DNA of 64,000 nucleotides from Deltaproteobacteria bacterium. Lineage in GTDB: Bacteria; Desulfobacterota; Desulfobacteria; Desulfobacterales; SpSt-501. Position 1 is the stretch's first letter. Each line of letters starts with the position of its first letter. The notes beneath the pieces were generated by a model. The model did not search any database, had not been told where the DNA came from, and saw only the letters and a program-made list of their open reading frames with translations. The stretch is from assembly GCA_016219005.1 (NCBI GenBank), contig JACRCN010000084.1, positions 73,042 to 137,041 on the forward strand, read 5' to 3'. A program made the translations under genes and the position numbers. Positions 10,470-20,269 of the stretch are shown one piece after another.

Positions 10470-11051
10470 ATGACCGCGGTGATATATCCGGTGATCCTGC
10501 CCGTTCCGGCGGAGGTTCAACGACTCCGACCGAAGCAGCGGGTGCAGTCTCTGAGCGACTGCGCCCGGCAGGCGCTTGCGCTATCGGCCGAACGGCTCGG
10601 GGTCCGCCTGGGTCCGTTGGAAAAGGATGACCGGGGCGCCCCGGTCCCCTGCCGTGGCAATTTCTGGTCGCTGAGCCACAAACCGGATTATGTCGGCGGC
10701 GTGGTCGCGCCGTCCGCCATCGGGCTGGACATCGAAAGACTCCGCCCGTGCTCTCCGGGCCTGCGCCGTAAGACGGCCGACGCCGCCGAATGGGCCCTCA
10801 TGGGCCACGGCGACGTGCAGACGACATTTTTTCGCTACTGGACCGCCAAGGAAGCCGTCCTGAAGGCCCGGGGCGAAGGCCTCCGGGACCTGTCCCGGTG
10901 TCGGATCGACCACATCCTCGACACCACGCACCTGCGGGTGGATTACGCCGGTAAAACCTGGACCGTCGAACATTTCTTTTTCGAAGACCACGTGGCCGCC
11001 GTTGCCGCCGGCGGGTTCCGCGTGGAGTGGACGCTTGCGCGCCCGGGGTGA
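10470..11051 (+). CDS. 4'-phosphopantetheinyl transferase (Sfp-type)
   Basis: 'GLDIERL' and 'WTAKEAVLKARGEGL'. It starts 1 nt after the preceding stop, which suggests translational coupling. Confidence 0.75.
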   Translation: MTAVIYPVILPVPAEVQRLRPKQRVQSLSDCARQALALSAERLGVRLGPLEKDDRGAPVPCRGNFWSLSHKPDYVGGVVAPSAIGLDIERLRPCSPGLRRKTADAAEWALMGHGDVQTTFFRYWTAKEAVLKARGEGLRDLSRCRIDHILDTTHLRVDYAGKTWTVEHFFFEDHVAAVAAGGFRVEWTLARPG

Positions 11052-11228
11052 ACGCCGGTTCTCCGCGGGGTCGTCCCGGTTGACACGCGGGCCTGTTTCC
11101 GTTTAAAAATTGAAAAAGTGGAACGAAATCCCCCTTGACCGCCTTCAGCAAAGGAGGTTGGGAGATAGGGGAGGCGACGTCATCGGAAGTCATCAAGGTT
11201 GCCGCGATCACACCATCGGGGAAACCAT

Positions 11229-12920
11229 ATGATCATCGGGCTGGATGTCGGGGGCACCCACACGGATGTTGTTCTGCTGGACAACGCCGGTCTGCTGCGA
11301 GAGGTCAAAGTCGCCACCGATGCGTCGGATCTCTTCCGCTCGGTTTTTAAGGGCCTGAATGCGATCACGGAAGGCGTGGATACCGGCGCCATCCGACGCA
11401 TCGTCCTCAGCACCACGCTGACCACCAACGCCATCATTCAGAACACAATCCCGCCCGTGGGCATGATCGTGTCGGCCGGCCCCGGAATCGATCCCGAGCA
11501 TTTTCGCACCAATCCCCACTACGTCTGCGTGAAGGGATCCATCGACCACCGCGGCCGCGAGGTGGAGCCGGTTCAGCCGGAGGAAACCCAAGCCGCCGCC
11601 GAGCGCTTCCGGAAAGACGGGATCCGTCAGGTGGGGGTGGTGGGGAAATTCTCGGTCCGCAACCCCGCCCACGAAATCCGCATCGGGGAGCTGCTGGGGA
11701 ATTCCTTCGATAAAATTTTTCTGGGCCACCGCGTTTCCGGCGGCCTGAATTTTGCCCGCCGCATCGCCACCACCTTCCTGAACGCGGCCGTCTACCCGAT
11801 CCACAAGACGTTTTTCGATGCCGTGCTGAACAGCCTGAGCGTCAAGGGGCTGCGCCTGCCACTGCGCCTGCTCAAGGCCGACGGCGGCAACATGAAGCTG
11901 GAGGCGTCCGTGGATTTCCCGGCCCAGACCATCCTCTCGGGGCCGGCGGCGAGCGTCATGGGGGCCGTTGCCATGGCCGCGAGGGACGAAGACGCGATCG
12001 TGATGGACATCGGCGGCACCACCACCGACCTGGCGGTCCTGATCGGCCGCGCGCCGGCGCTCGCCCCCCACGGCATAGACATCGGCCCCTACCGGACCCT
12101 GATCCGGTCCCTTGAGACCCTTTCGATCGGCATGGGGGGCGACAGTGCCGTTCGGCTGAAAAACGGTTGCCTGACCGTCGGCCCGGACCGGGAAGGTCCG
12201 GCGATACTTTTCGGCGGAAGCGTGCCCACGCCCACCGATGCTTTGGCGGTTATCGGAGACCTTGCCCACGAGGATCGCGCGCGCGCGCGCGCCGGCCTCA
12301 AGCCCGTGGCGGACAAAATGGGGATTCCCATCGAGACCCTCGCGGACCAGGTGGTTGAAACCGCCTGCCGGGCGATGCTGGAGGCTGCCGGGCGGCTCAC
12401 GGCGCATATCAACGGCAAGCCTGTCTACACGCTGCACGAATTCAAGGAAGGCTATCAGGTGCGGCCCCGATCCATTCTGGTCCTGGGCGGCCCTGCCCCC
12501 TGTTTCGCCAAACACCTTCAGCGCCTGACCCCGATGCAGGTCCGGGTTGTGCCGAGATGGCAGGCCGCCAACGCCATCGGAGCGGCTCTCGCGCGCACCA
12601 CGTGCGAGGTGGGGCTTTTTGCCGACACGGAACAGCGGGTGGCGAGCGCACCGGCGGAGAAGTTCCTGCAGCCCATCATGGACGGCTACGGCCTGGAGGC
12701 CGCCACGGCACAGGCCCTGGGCCTGCTGCGGGTCAAGGCCCTGGAGCGCGGCGCCAATCCCGACTACCTCGAAATGGAAGTGGTGGAAAGCCAGCAGTTC
12801 AACATGGTGCGGGGGTTCAATACCTCCGGGAAAAATATCCGCGTCCGGGTGCAGGTCAAGCCGGGGCTGATCCACGGCTATGACGACCTGCTTAGGAGCT
12901 TGGCAGCGCCGGCGCCATAA
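11229..12920 (+). CDS. Hydantoinase/oxoprolinase (HyuA-like, ASKHA-fold) family protein
   Basis: 'MIIGLDVGGTHTDVVLL' and 'MDIGGTTTDLAV'. The ATG at 11229 was chosen over the upstream start. Confidence 0.7.
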   Translation: MIIGLDVGGTHTDVVLLDNAGLLREVKVATDASDLFRSVFKGLNAITEGVDTGAIRRIVLSTTLTTNAIIQNTIPPVGMIVSAGPGIDPEHFRTNPHYVCVKGSIDHRGREVEPVQPEETQAAAERFRKDGIRQVGVVGKFSVRNPAHEIRIGELLGNSFDKIFLGHRVSGGLNFARRIATTFLNAAVYPIHKTFFDAVLNSLSVKGLRLPLRLLKADGGNMKLEASVDFPAQTILSGPAASVMGAVAMAARDEDAIVMDIGGTTTDLAVLIGRAPALAPHGIDIGPYRTLIRSLETLSIGMGGDSAVRLKNGCLTVGPDREGPAILFGGSVPTPTDALAVIGDLAHEDRARARAGLKPVADKMGIPIETLADQVVETACRAMLEAAGRLTAHINGKPVYTLHEFKEGYQVRPRSILVLGGPAPCFAKHLQRLTPMQVRVVPRWQAANAIGAALARTTCEVGLFADTEQRVASAPAEKFLQPIMDGYGLEAATAQALGLLRVKALERGANPDYLEMEVVESQQFNMVRGFNTSGKNIRVRVQVKPGLIHGYDDLLRSLAAPAP

Positions 12921-12979
12921 GGCGCGGCGGGCGCCCGCACCGATGCGGGGCGAGCTCATCACGCTGGGAGCTTTAATCC

Positions 12980-14296
12980 ATGCTGTGCGCGCAAAAAAAA
13001 GTCGGACTGGTTTTCTTTCCGGCTTACGACTGGGCCATCAGTCCGAACCATCCCGAACGGGAGGAGCGGTTGCTCTACACCCAGGACCAGATCCTCGAAG
13101 AAGGCCTGTTCGACATCGCGGGGGTCGTCGAGCTCAAGCCGGACCCCGTGGTTCCGGCCGACATCCAGCGCGTCCATTTCTGCGTTCCGGACGTCTGGAG
13201 CATCGCCACCGAATCCCATTTCATCAGCGCCGGCGGGGCCAAAACCGTCGGCATAGCGGTCTCGGAGCGACAGGTCGACAAGGGCTTCGCCCTGGTGCGG
13301 CCACCGGGGCATCATGCCATGCGCGTCGCCCACGGTTCGCGCGGCTTCTGCAACATCAACATCGAGGCCGTCATGATCGAGTTCCTGCGGTGCCAATACG
13401 GCGTGGACCGGGTGGCCATCGTCGACACGGACTGCCATCACGGCGACGGCACCCAGGACATCTACTGGCACGACCCCGACACCCTGTTCATCTCCCTGCA
13501 TCAGGACGGCCGGACCCTCTACCCCGGCAGCGGGTTTCCCGGCGAACTAGGCGGGCCGAATGCCGTGGGCTACACCCTCAACGTCCCGCTGCCGCCCCAC
13601 ACCACCGAAGAAGGATTCCTGCACGTCATCCGCAGCGCCGTCCGGCCGATCCTCGACGATTTCAAGCCACAGCTCATCGTCAACTCGGCCGGCCAGGACA
13701 ATCATTACACGGACCCCATCACCAACATGAATTTTTCGGCTCAGGGCTATGCGGAGTTGACCTCGCTCCTGAATGCCGACATCGCCGTGCTGGAGGGGGG
13801 CTACTCCATCGAGGGCGCCCTGCCTTACGTCAACCTGGGGATCGTACTCGCCATGGCCGGCCTGGACTACAGCAAGGTCCGGGAGCCGGACTACGATCGC
13901 TGCCAAATCCGCCAGTCGGAGGCAGTGACCGATGCGGTCAAGAGCGTCAGCGACCTCATCCTGGCCGGCTGGCAGGGGCGGAACCAGTTGCGTGAAAAGA
14001 TGCTGGAAAAAAGGCAAAGCCACCGCCGCACCCGTCGCATCTACTACGACACCGACGGCTTTTCCGAGTCGCAGCAGGAGGAGATCACGGCCTGCGACAC
14101 CTGCGGCGGCGCCTTGAAAATCGATTCGACCTCGGACCGGGGCGCGCACATCCTGGCGGTCCACATCCCCCGCAAGGCCTGCCCGCGCTGCCAGGAGACC
14201 GGGCACGGCTGGTATGACGACGCTTCCGTCCGGCGTTTCGACCAGGTCTTCCTGCAGGACCGGCCGGGCGACAAATACCACGTCAAGAAAAAATAG
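12980..14296 (+). CDS. Histone-deacetylase-family amidohydrolase (protein/polyamine deacetylase) with a C-terminal CxxC...CxxC zinc-ribbon-like tail
   Basis: 'RPPGHHA' and 'DTDCHHGDGTQDIY'. The C-terminus carries 'CDTCGG...CPRCQ'. Confidence 0.85.
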   Translation: MLCAQKKVGLVFFPAYDWAISPNHPEREERLLYTQDQILEEGLFDIAGVVELKPDPVVPADIQRVHFCVPDVWSIATESHFISAGGAKTVGIAVSERQVDKGFALVRPPGHHAMRVAHGSRGFCNINIEAVMIEFLRCQYGVDRVAIVDTDCHHGDGTQDIYWHDPDTLFISLHQDGRTLYPGSGFPGELGGPNAVGYTLNVPLPPHTTEEGFLHVIRSAVRPILDDFKPQLIVNSAGQDNHYTDPITNMNFSAQGYAELTSLLNADIAVLEGGYSIEGALPYVNLGIVLAMAGLDYSKVREPDYDRCQIRQSEAVTDAVKSVSDLILAGWQGRNQLREKMLEKRQSHRRTRRIYYDTDGFSESQQEEITACDTCGGALKIDSTSDRGAHILAVHIPRKACPRCQETGHGWYDDASVRRFDQVFLQDRPGDKYHVKKK

Positions 14297-14298
14297 GA

Positions 14299-15873
14299 TT
14301 GACTCCTCCCATGGAAAGCCATCACAGCCAGAACCGTTTCCGCACTGTCTTCGACATCGCTCCGATGGGGATCGCCATCGCCGACCGCGAGGGGTGCTTT
14401 CTCGAAGCCAACCCGGCCGCCTGCCGGATGTTCGGCTGCAGTCGCGCAGAGCTCATTGGCCCGGCCGTGGATGAAAGGCACCCGGCCGAGTCGATGCCGG
14501 CGATCCGGCAGCTTTTCCAGTCCATGGCCCGGGGCGAACAATCATCCGTCGAGCGGATCCCGATTACCCGACCGGACGGCACCACGATCAACTGCAGCAT
14601 CACCGCCACCGTGACGGAGATCGACGGGCGGCAGGTCATCGTCGCTTTCGTGGCCGACGTCACCGATCAGCTCCTGTCGGAAAATGAGCTCGAGCGCCGG
14701 GCGATTCAGACGCAGCAGGCCCAGAAAATGGAAGCCATCGGCACGCTCGCCGGCGGCGTTGCCCACGACTTCAACAACCTGCTGATGGGGATCCAGGGCA
14801 ATGTCTCCCTGATGCTGCTCAACAAGGCACCCGATGACCGCGACGTGGCCTATTTGAAAAACATCGAAAAGGGGATCATGCATGGCGCCGAGCTGACGCG
14901 CCAGGTGCTGGGCTTTGCCCGAGGCGGGAAATACGAGGTGCAGGCCACCGACCTCAACCACCTGATCGATCGGGTGGCCAGCATGTTCAGCCGTTCCCGA
15001 AAAGAGATCTCCGTCCGCAAGACCTTGCAGGAGAGCCTCTGGGCGGTCGAGGTAGCCCAGGGGCCGATGGAGCAGGTTTTGCTGTGCTTGTTCGTCAACG
15101 CCATGGAAGCCATGCCAGGCGGGGGTGAGCTGATTCTCGAGACCGCCAATGTCAGCGTCGAGGAAGGCACGTCCGGCCGGCCGCCGGATGCGGCCCTCGG
15201 GCGCTACGTCTGCATCACGGTCACGGATACGGGTATCGGCATGGACGCACAGACCCAGGTGCGCATTTTCGAGTCGCCTTTCGCCCCCTCGAAAACCGGC
15301 ACCTCAACCGGCCCCGGTCTTTCTTCGGCATATGGCATCGTGCAGAGCCACCATGGCTTTATCACGGTGCGGAGTAGAAAGGGGCGCGGATCGACATTCC
15401 GGGTGTTCCTGCCGGCCTCCGCGCCGGCGGCGACGCACGCACAGCCGGCCATCCCGCCCGGGCGCGAAGAACGGAAGACCCTGATGCTGGTGGAGGACGA
15501 GGACATGGTGGCCGTCATCTCCGATCAAATGCTGACCCGGCTCGGACACAAAGTCTTCGTGGCCCGCAGCGGCCCCGACGCCCTGTCGATTTTCCAGGAA
15601 CATCGCGAAAAGATCGACCTCGTTATCCTGGACATGATCATGCCGGGGATGAGCGGGGCAGAGACCTTTGAGAGATTGAAAGCCATCGACCCGAGGGTGA
15701 ACGTGCTGCTTTCCAGCGGCTACGCCCTGAACGGCCCGGCGGAAGACATCCTGCGGCGCGGCTGCCGGGGGTTCATCCAAAAGCCCTTCACCATCGAGCA
15801 GCTGTCGCAGAAAATCCGCGAGATTCTTTCCTCCGGCCAAGACCAAACCGGCTGTACCGGCAAACCGTCTTGA
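14299..15873 (+). CDS. PAS-domain hybrid sensor histidine kinase with C-terminal receiver
   Basis: A PAS region, H-box 'AHDFNNLL', 'GIGMD', 'GTSTGPGLS', and a receiver 'DLVILDMIMPGMSG'. It starts 3 nt after the HDAC stop (ATG alternative at 14311). Confidence 0.85.
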   Translation: MTPPMESHHSQNRFRTVFDIAPMGIAIADREGCFLEANPAACRMFGCSRAELIGPAVDERHPAESMPAIRQLFQSMARGEQSSVERIPITRPDGTTINCSITATVTEIDGRQVIVAFVADVTDQLLSENELERRAIQTQQAQKMEAIGTLAGGVAHDFNNLLMGIQGNVSLMLLNKAPDDRDVAYLKNIEKGIMHGAELTRQVLGFARGGKYEVQATDLNHLIDRVASMFSRSRKEISVRKTLQESLWAVEVAQGPMEQVLLCLFVNAMEAMPGGGELILETANVSVEEGTSGRPPDAALGRYVCITVTDTGIGMDAQTQVRIFESPFAPSKTGTSTGPGLSSAYGIVQSHHGFITVRSRKGRGSTFRVFLPASAPAATHAQPAIPPGREERKTLMLVEDEDMVAVISDQMLTRLGHKVFVARSGPDALSIFQEHREKIDLVILDMIMPGMSGAETFERLKAIDPRVNVLLSSGYALNGPAEDILRRGCRGFIQKPFTIEQLSQKIREILSSGQDQTGCTGKPS

Positions 15874-15923
15874 CGATCTGCCATGTGGGTTACGCCTGTG
15901 ATCGAGGTGCTGCGAATATCCGG

Positions 15924-15940
15924 TTCACCACTATGGTGAA
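15924..15940. promoter_or_regulatory. Operator-like inverted repeat TTCACCA-CTA-TGGTGAA
   Basis: Perfect 7-bp arms read directly, in the AT-richer gap upstream of the binding-protein gene. Confidence 0.25.
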
Positions 15941-16148
15941 TACCATCCGACGTATCTGGAAGTTTGGTAAATTTGTGAGAGTCTCAGCTGATCAGATCGA
16001 ATTCGCAAATATGTCTCTATGGTACCATCCGCTAATTTTGCGTCACTGGAAGCCTTCGGGCGAATTTCCACCATGTGCAATCTTATAAGCGCAGATCTTA
16101 AGCAGGCTGTCCCGGCGTCGTGAACATTATTCGATAAGGTGAGATACC

Positions 16149-17138
16149 GTGAAAGGTATTCTAATTAAAACATTGGTTTTTCTCGCCGTGCTCTCGTCCG
16201 GATTTGGGTGCTCGCCTTCCTCCGAAAGAATGGATTCGATCGTCATAGCGCAGGCGCAGTTTGAGTCCGTCGCACTCCCTTGCATTGCCGAAGACCAGCA
16301 GTTTTTCAGCCGCAACGGCCTCAAGGTAACCTCGCGCAAGTATGATAGCGGAGTAGGTGCATTAGACGGAATGGTGAACGGTGAAGCGGATATCGCGGTC
16401 GGAACAGCCGAGTTTCCCCTGGTTGGAAGGTCATTCCGGAAAGAAAGAATTCGCACAATCGGAAGCATCGCTAAAAGCGAGCTGATATATCTTGTTGGAC
16501 GGAGGGACAGGGGAATCGAGAAGGTTTCAGACCTCAAGGGGAAAAGGGTTGGGACTATGTTAAGAACGATAGCCCATTTCTATCTCGGCAGGTTTATGGA
16601 ACTTCATGCCATGAATATGCAGGACATAACCCTTGTTGACCTCGGTACACCGGCCGAATGGGTGGACGCCATTGTCAATGGCGACATCGATGCAGTTGCA
16701 GTCGCCCAACCGTATGCTAATTCAGTCAAAGACCGTTTGGGCGCCAACGCCGCCTTCTGGTCAGCACAGAGTAGTCAGCCTCTGTATACGCAGGCGATTT
16801 CTACCGACGAGTGGATTACAAAGCATCCTGACCTGGCCGTCAGATTCCTCGAGTCCCTGGCACAGGCCGAAGAGTATGTCATGCTTAATCCTGCCGAAGC
16901 AAAAGCGATCATACAGAAGCGGCTGAATCTGGATGCGGCGTATATGGAAACCGTGTGGTCTCAAAATCAGTACTCGCTTTCTCTCGACCAATCACTCATT
17001 GTCGCGATGGAAGACGAAGCGCGGTGGATGATAAGCAACGGTCTGACGACCGAAAAGCAGGTTCCCGATTTCTTGAATTATATCTATGAAGATGGTCTGA
17101 GAGCGATAAAGCCCGAAACAGTGACCATTGTCCGATGA
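16149..17138 (+). CDS. Periplasmic substrate-binding protein (NMT1/THI5-like, NitT/TauT-type ABC binding-protein fold), orphan
   Basis: A signal peptide with 'SSGFGCS' and binding-protein-like sequence. There is no cognate permease or ATPase nearby. The start is GTG. Confidence 0.65.
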   Translation: MKGILIKTLVFLAVLSSGFGCSPSSERMDSIVIAQAQFESVALPCIAEDQQFFSRNGLKVTSRKYDSGVGALDGMVNGEADIAVGTAEFPLVGRSFRKERIRTIGSIAKSELIYLVGRRDRGIEKVSDLKGKRVGTMLRTIAHFYLGRFMELHAMNMQDITLVDLGTPAEWVDAIVNGDIDAVAVAQPYANSVKDRLGANAAFWSAQSSQPLYTQAISTDEWITKHPDLAVRFLESLAQAEEYVMLNPAEAKAIIQKRLNLDAAYMETVWSQNQYSLSLDQSLIVAMEDEARWMISNGLTTEKQVPDFLNYIYEDGLRAIKPETVTIVR

Positions 17139-17279
17139 AGCAGCGAACATGCGGAAGCGCCACACTCAACCGGCGGTCAGGATCACACCGATTTTTGATT
17201 TTGGAGACCACATCCGCAATGGCTGCCTCAAAGCGGTAAAGCCGAAAGCGCTGAGCACAGTTTACACAGGGGATCGACC

Positions 17280-20186
17280 ATGAAACTCAGAGCGCAATTC
17301 CTTATAACCATGTTCCTATTTGGCATTATCCTGGTAGTTGTTGCGGCCTCGGCAATCATCACGAATCAGCAGTTGGAGAAAGCTGGCCAACAGGAAAGAA
17401 TAGCCGGTAACATCGCTCAGGGAGCAAGCGAGCTGAGCTACTTGTCCAATGATTATCTGATTTACCGCGAAAGCCAGCAGCTAAAGCGATGGCAATCCAG
17501 GTTTGCCTTGTTTTCCGAACAAGTAGCCGGTCTGAACGTGGACAAACCGGAGCAGCAAGCCCTTGTCCGCAACATTCGGGGAAATCAAAACCGATTTAAA
17601 GAGGTATTCGACAGTGTGGCATCTGCTCCGGGAAAGCCGTCTCAGAGTCAGAGTGTAGCACTTGACCCGGCGTTTCTTCAGGTATCATGGACCCGGATGG
17701 CGGTTCAGGGTCGAGAGCTCGTATCGGATGCTTCACGCTTGTCTCAGCTACTACATCAACAGATGGATCAGCTGACGAAAACAGACACCATGCTTATGTA
17801 CGTCATGGTGGGTTTGTTTGGGGTGTTTCTTTTAGCCAGCTATTTGCTGACCTACCGACGCATCTTGAGATCCATAGCTATCCTTCAGGCCGGTACTGTT
17901 GTCGTCGGTTCCGGAAAGCTTGATTTTGTCATTGAAGAAGGAAAGAAGGATGAAATCGGCGAGTTGTCCCGCGCCTTCAACCAGATGACCACTGACCTGA
18001 AGGCCGTGACGGCGTCCAAAGCAGACCTTGAGAGGGAAGTCATCGAACGCAAGCGGGTGGAGGAGGAGCTGCACCGGCAGCGCGAATGGCTCCAAGTCAC
18101 CCTTACGAGCATCGGCGATGCCGTGATGACGACCGACGCCTCCGGCCGGATCACCTTCCTCAACCCCGTCGCCCAAGCCTTGACCGGCTGGAAGCCGGAA
18201 GAAGCCGTGGGGCAGCCTAGTCAGAGCGTCTTCCGGATCATCAACGAGCAGAACCGTGAACCGGGAGAGGATATCGTTCAACGGGTGCTGCAGGAAGGGT
18301 CCGTCGTTACCCTCGCCAACAACACGGCCATTATCACCCGAGAGGGACTGACCATCCCCATCGAGGACAGTGCGGCGCCGATCAAGGACGACCGAGGCAA
18401 CATCTGCGGGGTGGTCCTTGTCTTCCACGATGTGACCGGGAAGCGGCGAGCGCAGGAGGCGCTCCGGGAGAGCGAAAAACGCTACCGGAGTCTTTTCGAG
18501 ACCATGAATGAGGGGTTCGCCCTCCACGAGATCATCTGTGACGACGGGGATCGGCCCAGCGACTATCGGTTTCTGGAGGTGAACCCCGCCTTCGAGCGTC
18601 AGACGGGTCTCAAGGCCGCAGACGTGGTGGGTCGTACGCTTTACGAGGTCCTGCCCCAATCGGAGAGCCATTGGGTGGAGCGGTACGGATCGGTGGCATT
18701 GACCGGCCGGCCCCTCCGCTTCAACCAGTGGAGCGAGGCTCTCGGGCGGCTTTATGAGGTGAGCGCTTTTCAGACCGAGCAGGGGCGATTTGGAGTGCTC
18801 TTTCTGGACGTAACGGAGCGCAAGAGGGCCGAGGAAGCCTTGCGCCAGGCCAATGAACAGCTGGAGCAAAGGGTGCAGGAGCGCACGGGCGCGCTGACTC
18901 AGACGGTTGAAGCTCTCCAAAAGGAAGTCAAGCAGCGCGAGTGGGCCGAATGCGAGTTAAAGCTGGCCAACGAGCAGTTGGCCTCCAGGGCGAACCAGCT
19001 GCGGGCGTTGGCGGGCGAGCTGACCATGGCCGAGCAGGCCGAACGCAAGCGCTTATCAAGGATTTTGCATGATGGCCTCCAACAGCATCTGGCTTCGGCG
19101 AAGATTCGGCTGGGAGGCGTCGCGGAAAAGATCGGCGATGTCGATCTCAAGCAGGCCGTCGATGAGATCGACAAAATAATGGGTGAATCCGTAACGATGT
19201 CACGGTCGTTGAGCGCCGAACTCAGTCCTCCCATTCTGCACGAGAGCGGCCTTTCGGCGGGCCTGGAATGGCTTGCCCGCTGGATGCGGGATAACTACAA
19301 TTTGGCTGTCGATCTCTCGATCGAAGATAAGCCCCGGTTGCCGGAGGATGTGAAGATTTTTCTATTCGAATCGGTGCGCGAATTGCTGTTTAACACCGTC
19401 AAGCATGCGCGGGTCCTCCGGGCACAGGTGAGAATGCGGCAGATGGACGGGGCCGGGTTGCGGATCACCGTGAGCGATGAGGGTGCGGGGTTCGATCCCT
19501 GCCAGCTGAAATCGGCGGGAGAAAACGGCGGAGGATTCGGGTTGTTCAGCATCCGGGAGCGTATCGGTCTGATCGGGGGCAGCGTCGAAATCGACAGTGC
19601 CCGCGGCAAGGGCAGCCGTTTGGCGTTGACGGTACCCCATGGCCAAGCGCCTGCTGCACCGCTTGCGGCCGATTGTATGTGCACTCTATCTGGCCAACCC
19701 GAAGAGGTCGCTTTGAAGGATCAGGGGGCTACGATCCGAGTGTTGCTTGCCGACGACCATGCCCTTTTCCGCAACGGTCTTGGCCGCCTGTTGAAGAATG
19801 AGCGGGGTCTCGAGGTCGTCGGCCATGCCAATGACGGCAAGCAGGCGATCGAGCTCGCGCAGCAGCTTAAGCCGGACGTCATCCTGATGGACATCAGCAT
19901 GCCCAGGGTCAATGGAATTGAGGCTACGCGGGTCATTCATCGGCAGTACCCGGAAATCCGTATCATTGGCCTTTCGATGTACGAAGACCAGGAGCACGCG
20001 CAGGCCATGCGCGACGCAGGCGCGACCGACTATAAGACCAAGGGGTGTGCTGCTGCTGAACTCGTTGCGGCCATTGGGGGTGTCCGCAAGAGAGAGAAGC
20101 CTTCACCGGAACAAAAACCCCACGGGGATGAAAAGGGCCGGGGGATGCGTTCGAAACGAACGGCAGGTGTGCCGACGGTTGATTAA
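17280..20186 (+). CDS. Large hybrid sensor kinase: TM sensor, HAMP, 2 PAS, HisKA_3/HATPase, NarL-type receiver without an HTH
   Basis: 'EIGELSRAFNQMTTDL' (HAMP), 'RKRLSRILHDGLQQHL' (HisKA_3), 'GGFGLFSIRERI', and a receiver 'DVILMDISMPRVNG'. Confidence 0.85.
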   Translation: MKLRAQFLITMFLFGIILVVVAASAIITNQQLEKAGQQERIAGNIAQGASELSYLSNDYLIYRESQQLKRWQSRFALFSEQVAGLNVDKPEQQALVRNIRGNQNRFKEVFDSVASAPGKPSQSQSVALDPAFLQVSWTRMAVQGRELVSDASRLSQLLHQQMDQLTKTDTMLMYVMVGLFGVFLLASYLLTYRRILRSIAILQAGTVVVGSGKLDFVIEEGKKDEIGELSRAFNQMTTDLKAVTASKADLEREVIERKRVEEELHRQREWLQVTLTSIGDAVMTTDASGRITFLNPVAQALTGWKPEEAVGQPSQSVFRIINEQNREPGEDIVQRVLQEGSVVTLANNTAIITREGLTIPIEDSAAPIKDDRGNICGVVLVFHDVTGKRRAQEALRESEKRYRSLFETMNEGFALHEIICDDGDRPSDYRFLEVNPAFERQTGLKAADVVGRTLYEVLPQSESHWVERYGSVALTGRPLRFNQWSEALGRLYEVSAFQTEQGRFGVLFLDVTERKRAEEALRQANEQLEQRVQERTGALTQTVEALQKEVKQREWAECELKLANEQLASRANQLRALAGELTMAEQAERKRLSRILHDGLQQHLASAKIRLGGVAEKIGDVDLKQAVDEIDKIMGESVTMSRSLSAELSPPILHESGLSAGLEWLARWMRDNYNLAVDLSIEDKPRLPEDVKIFLFESVRELLFNTVKHARVLRAQVRMRQMDGAGLRITVSDEGAGFDPCQLKSAGENGGGFGLFSIRERIGLIGGSVEIDSARGKGSRLALTVPHGQAPAAPLAADCMCTLSGQPEEVALKDQGATIRVLLADDHALFRNGLGRLLKNERGLEVVGHANDGKQAIELAQQLKPDVILMDISMPRVNGIEATRVIHRQYPEIRIIGLSMYEDQEHAQAMRDAGATDYKTKGCAAAELVAAIGGVRKREKPSPEQKPHGDEKGRGMRSKRTAGVPTVD

Positions 20187-20247
20187 TCTTAGACGATAGA
20201 TGTAGCCTCAGGGGAAATACGGTTTTTAATGGCGTTCGTTTTCTTTT

Positions 20248-20267
20248 ATTTTTGAGATGGCTTCTAT
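20248..20267. repeat. Direct repeat copy A (ATTTTTGAGATGGCTTCTAT)
   Basis: 19/20 identical to 24769-24788. It lies just 3' of the last efflux gene's stop. Confidence 0.6.
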
Positions 20268-20269
20268 CC

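Noticed and set aside
11208-12962. 584-aa minus-strand ORF antisense to the hydantoinase-family gene
   Set aside because: Same reasoning: low-complexity Arg/Gly/Pro-rich translation opposite a gene with clear ASKHA motifs.
12880-13995. 371-aa plus-strand ORF overlapping the HDAC-family gene in another frame
   Set aside because: The HDAC frame carries the catalytic motifs (RPPGHHA, DCHHGDGTQ). The alternative frame is Arg/Pro/Gly-rich low complexity.
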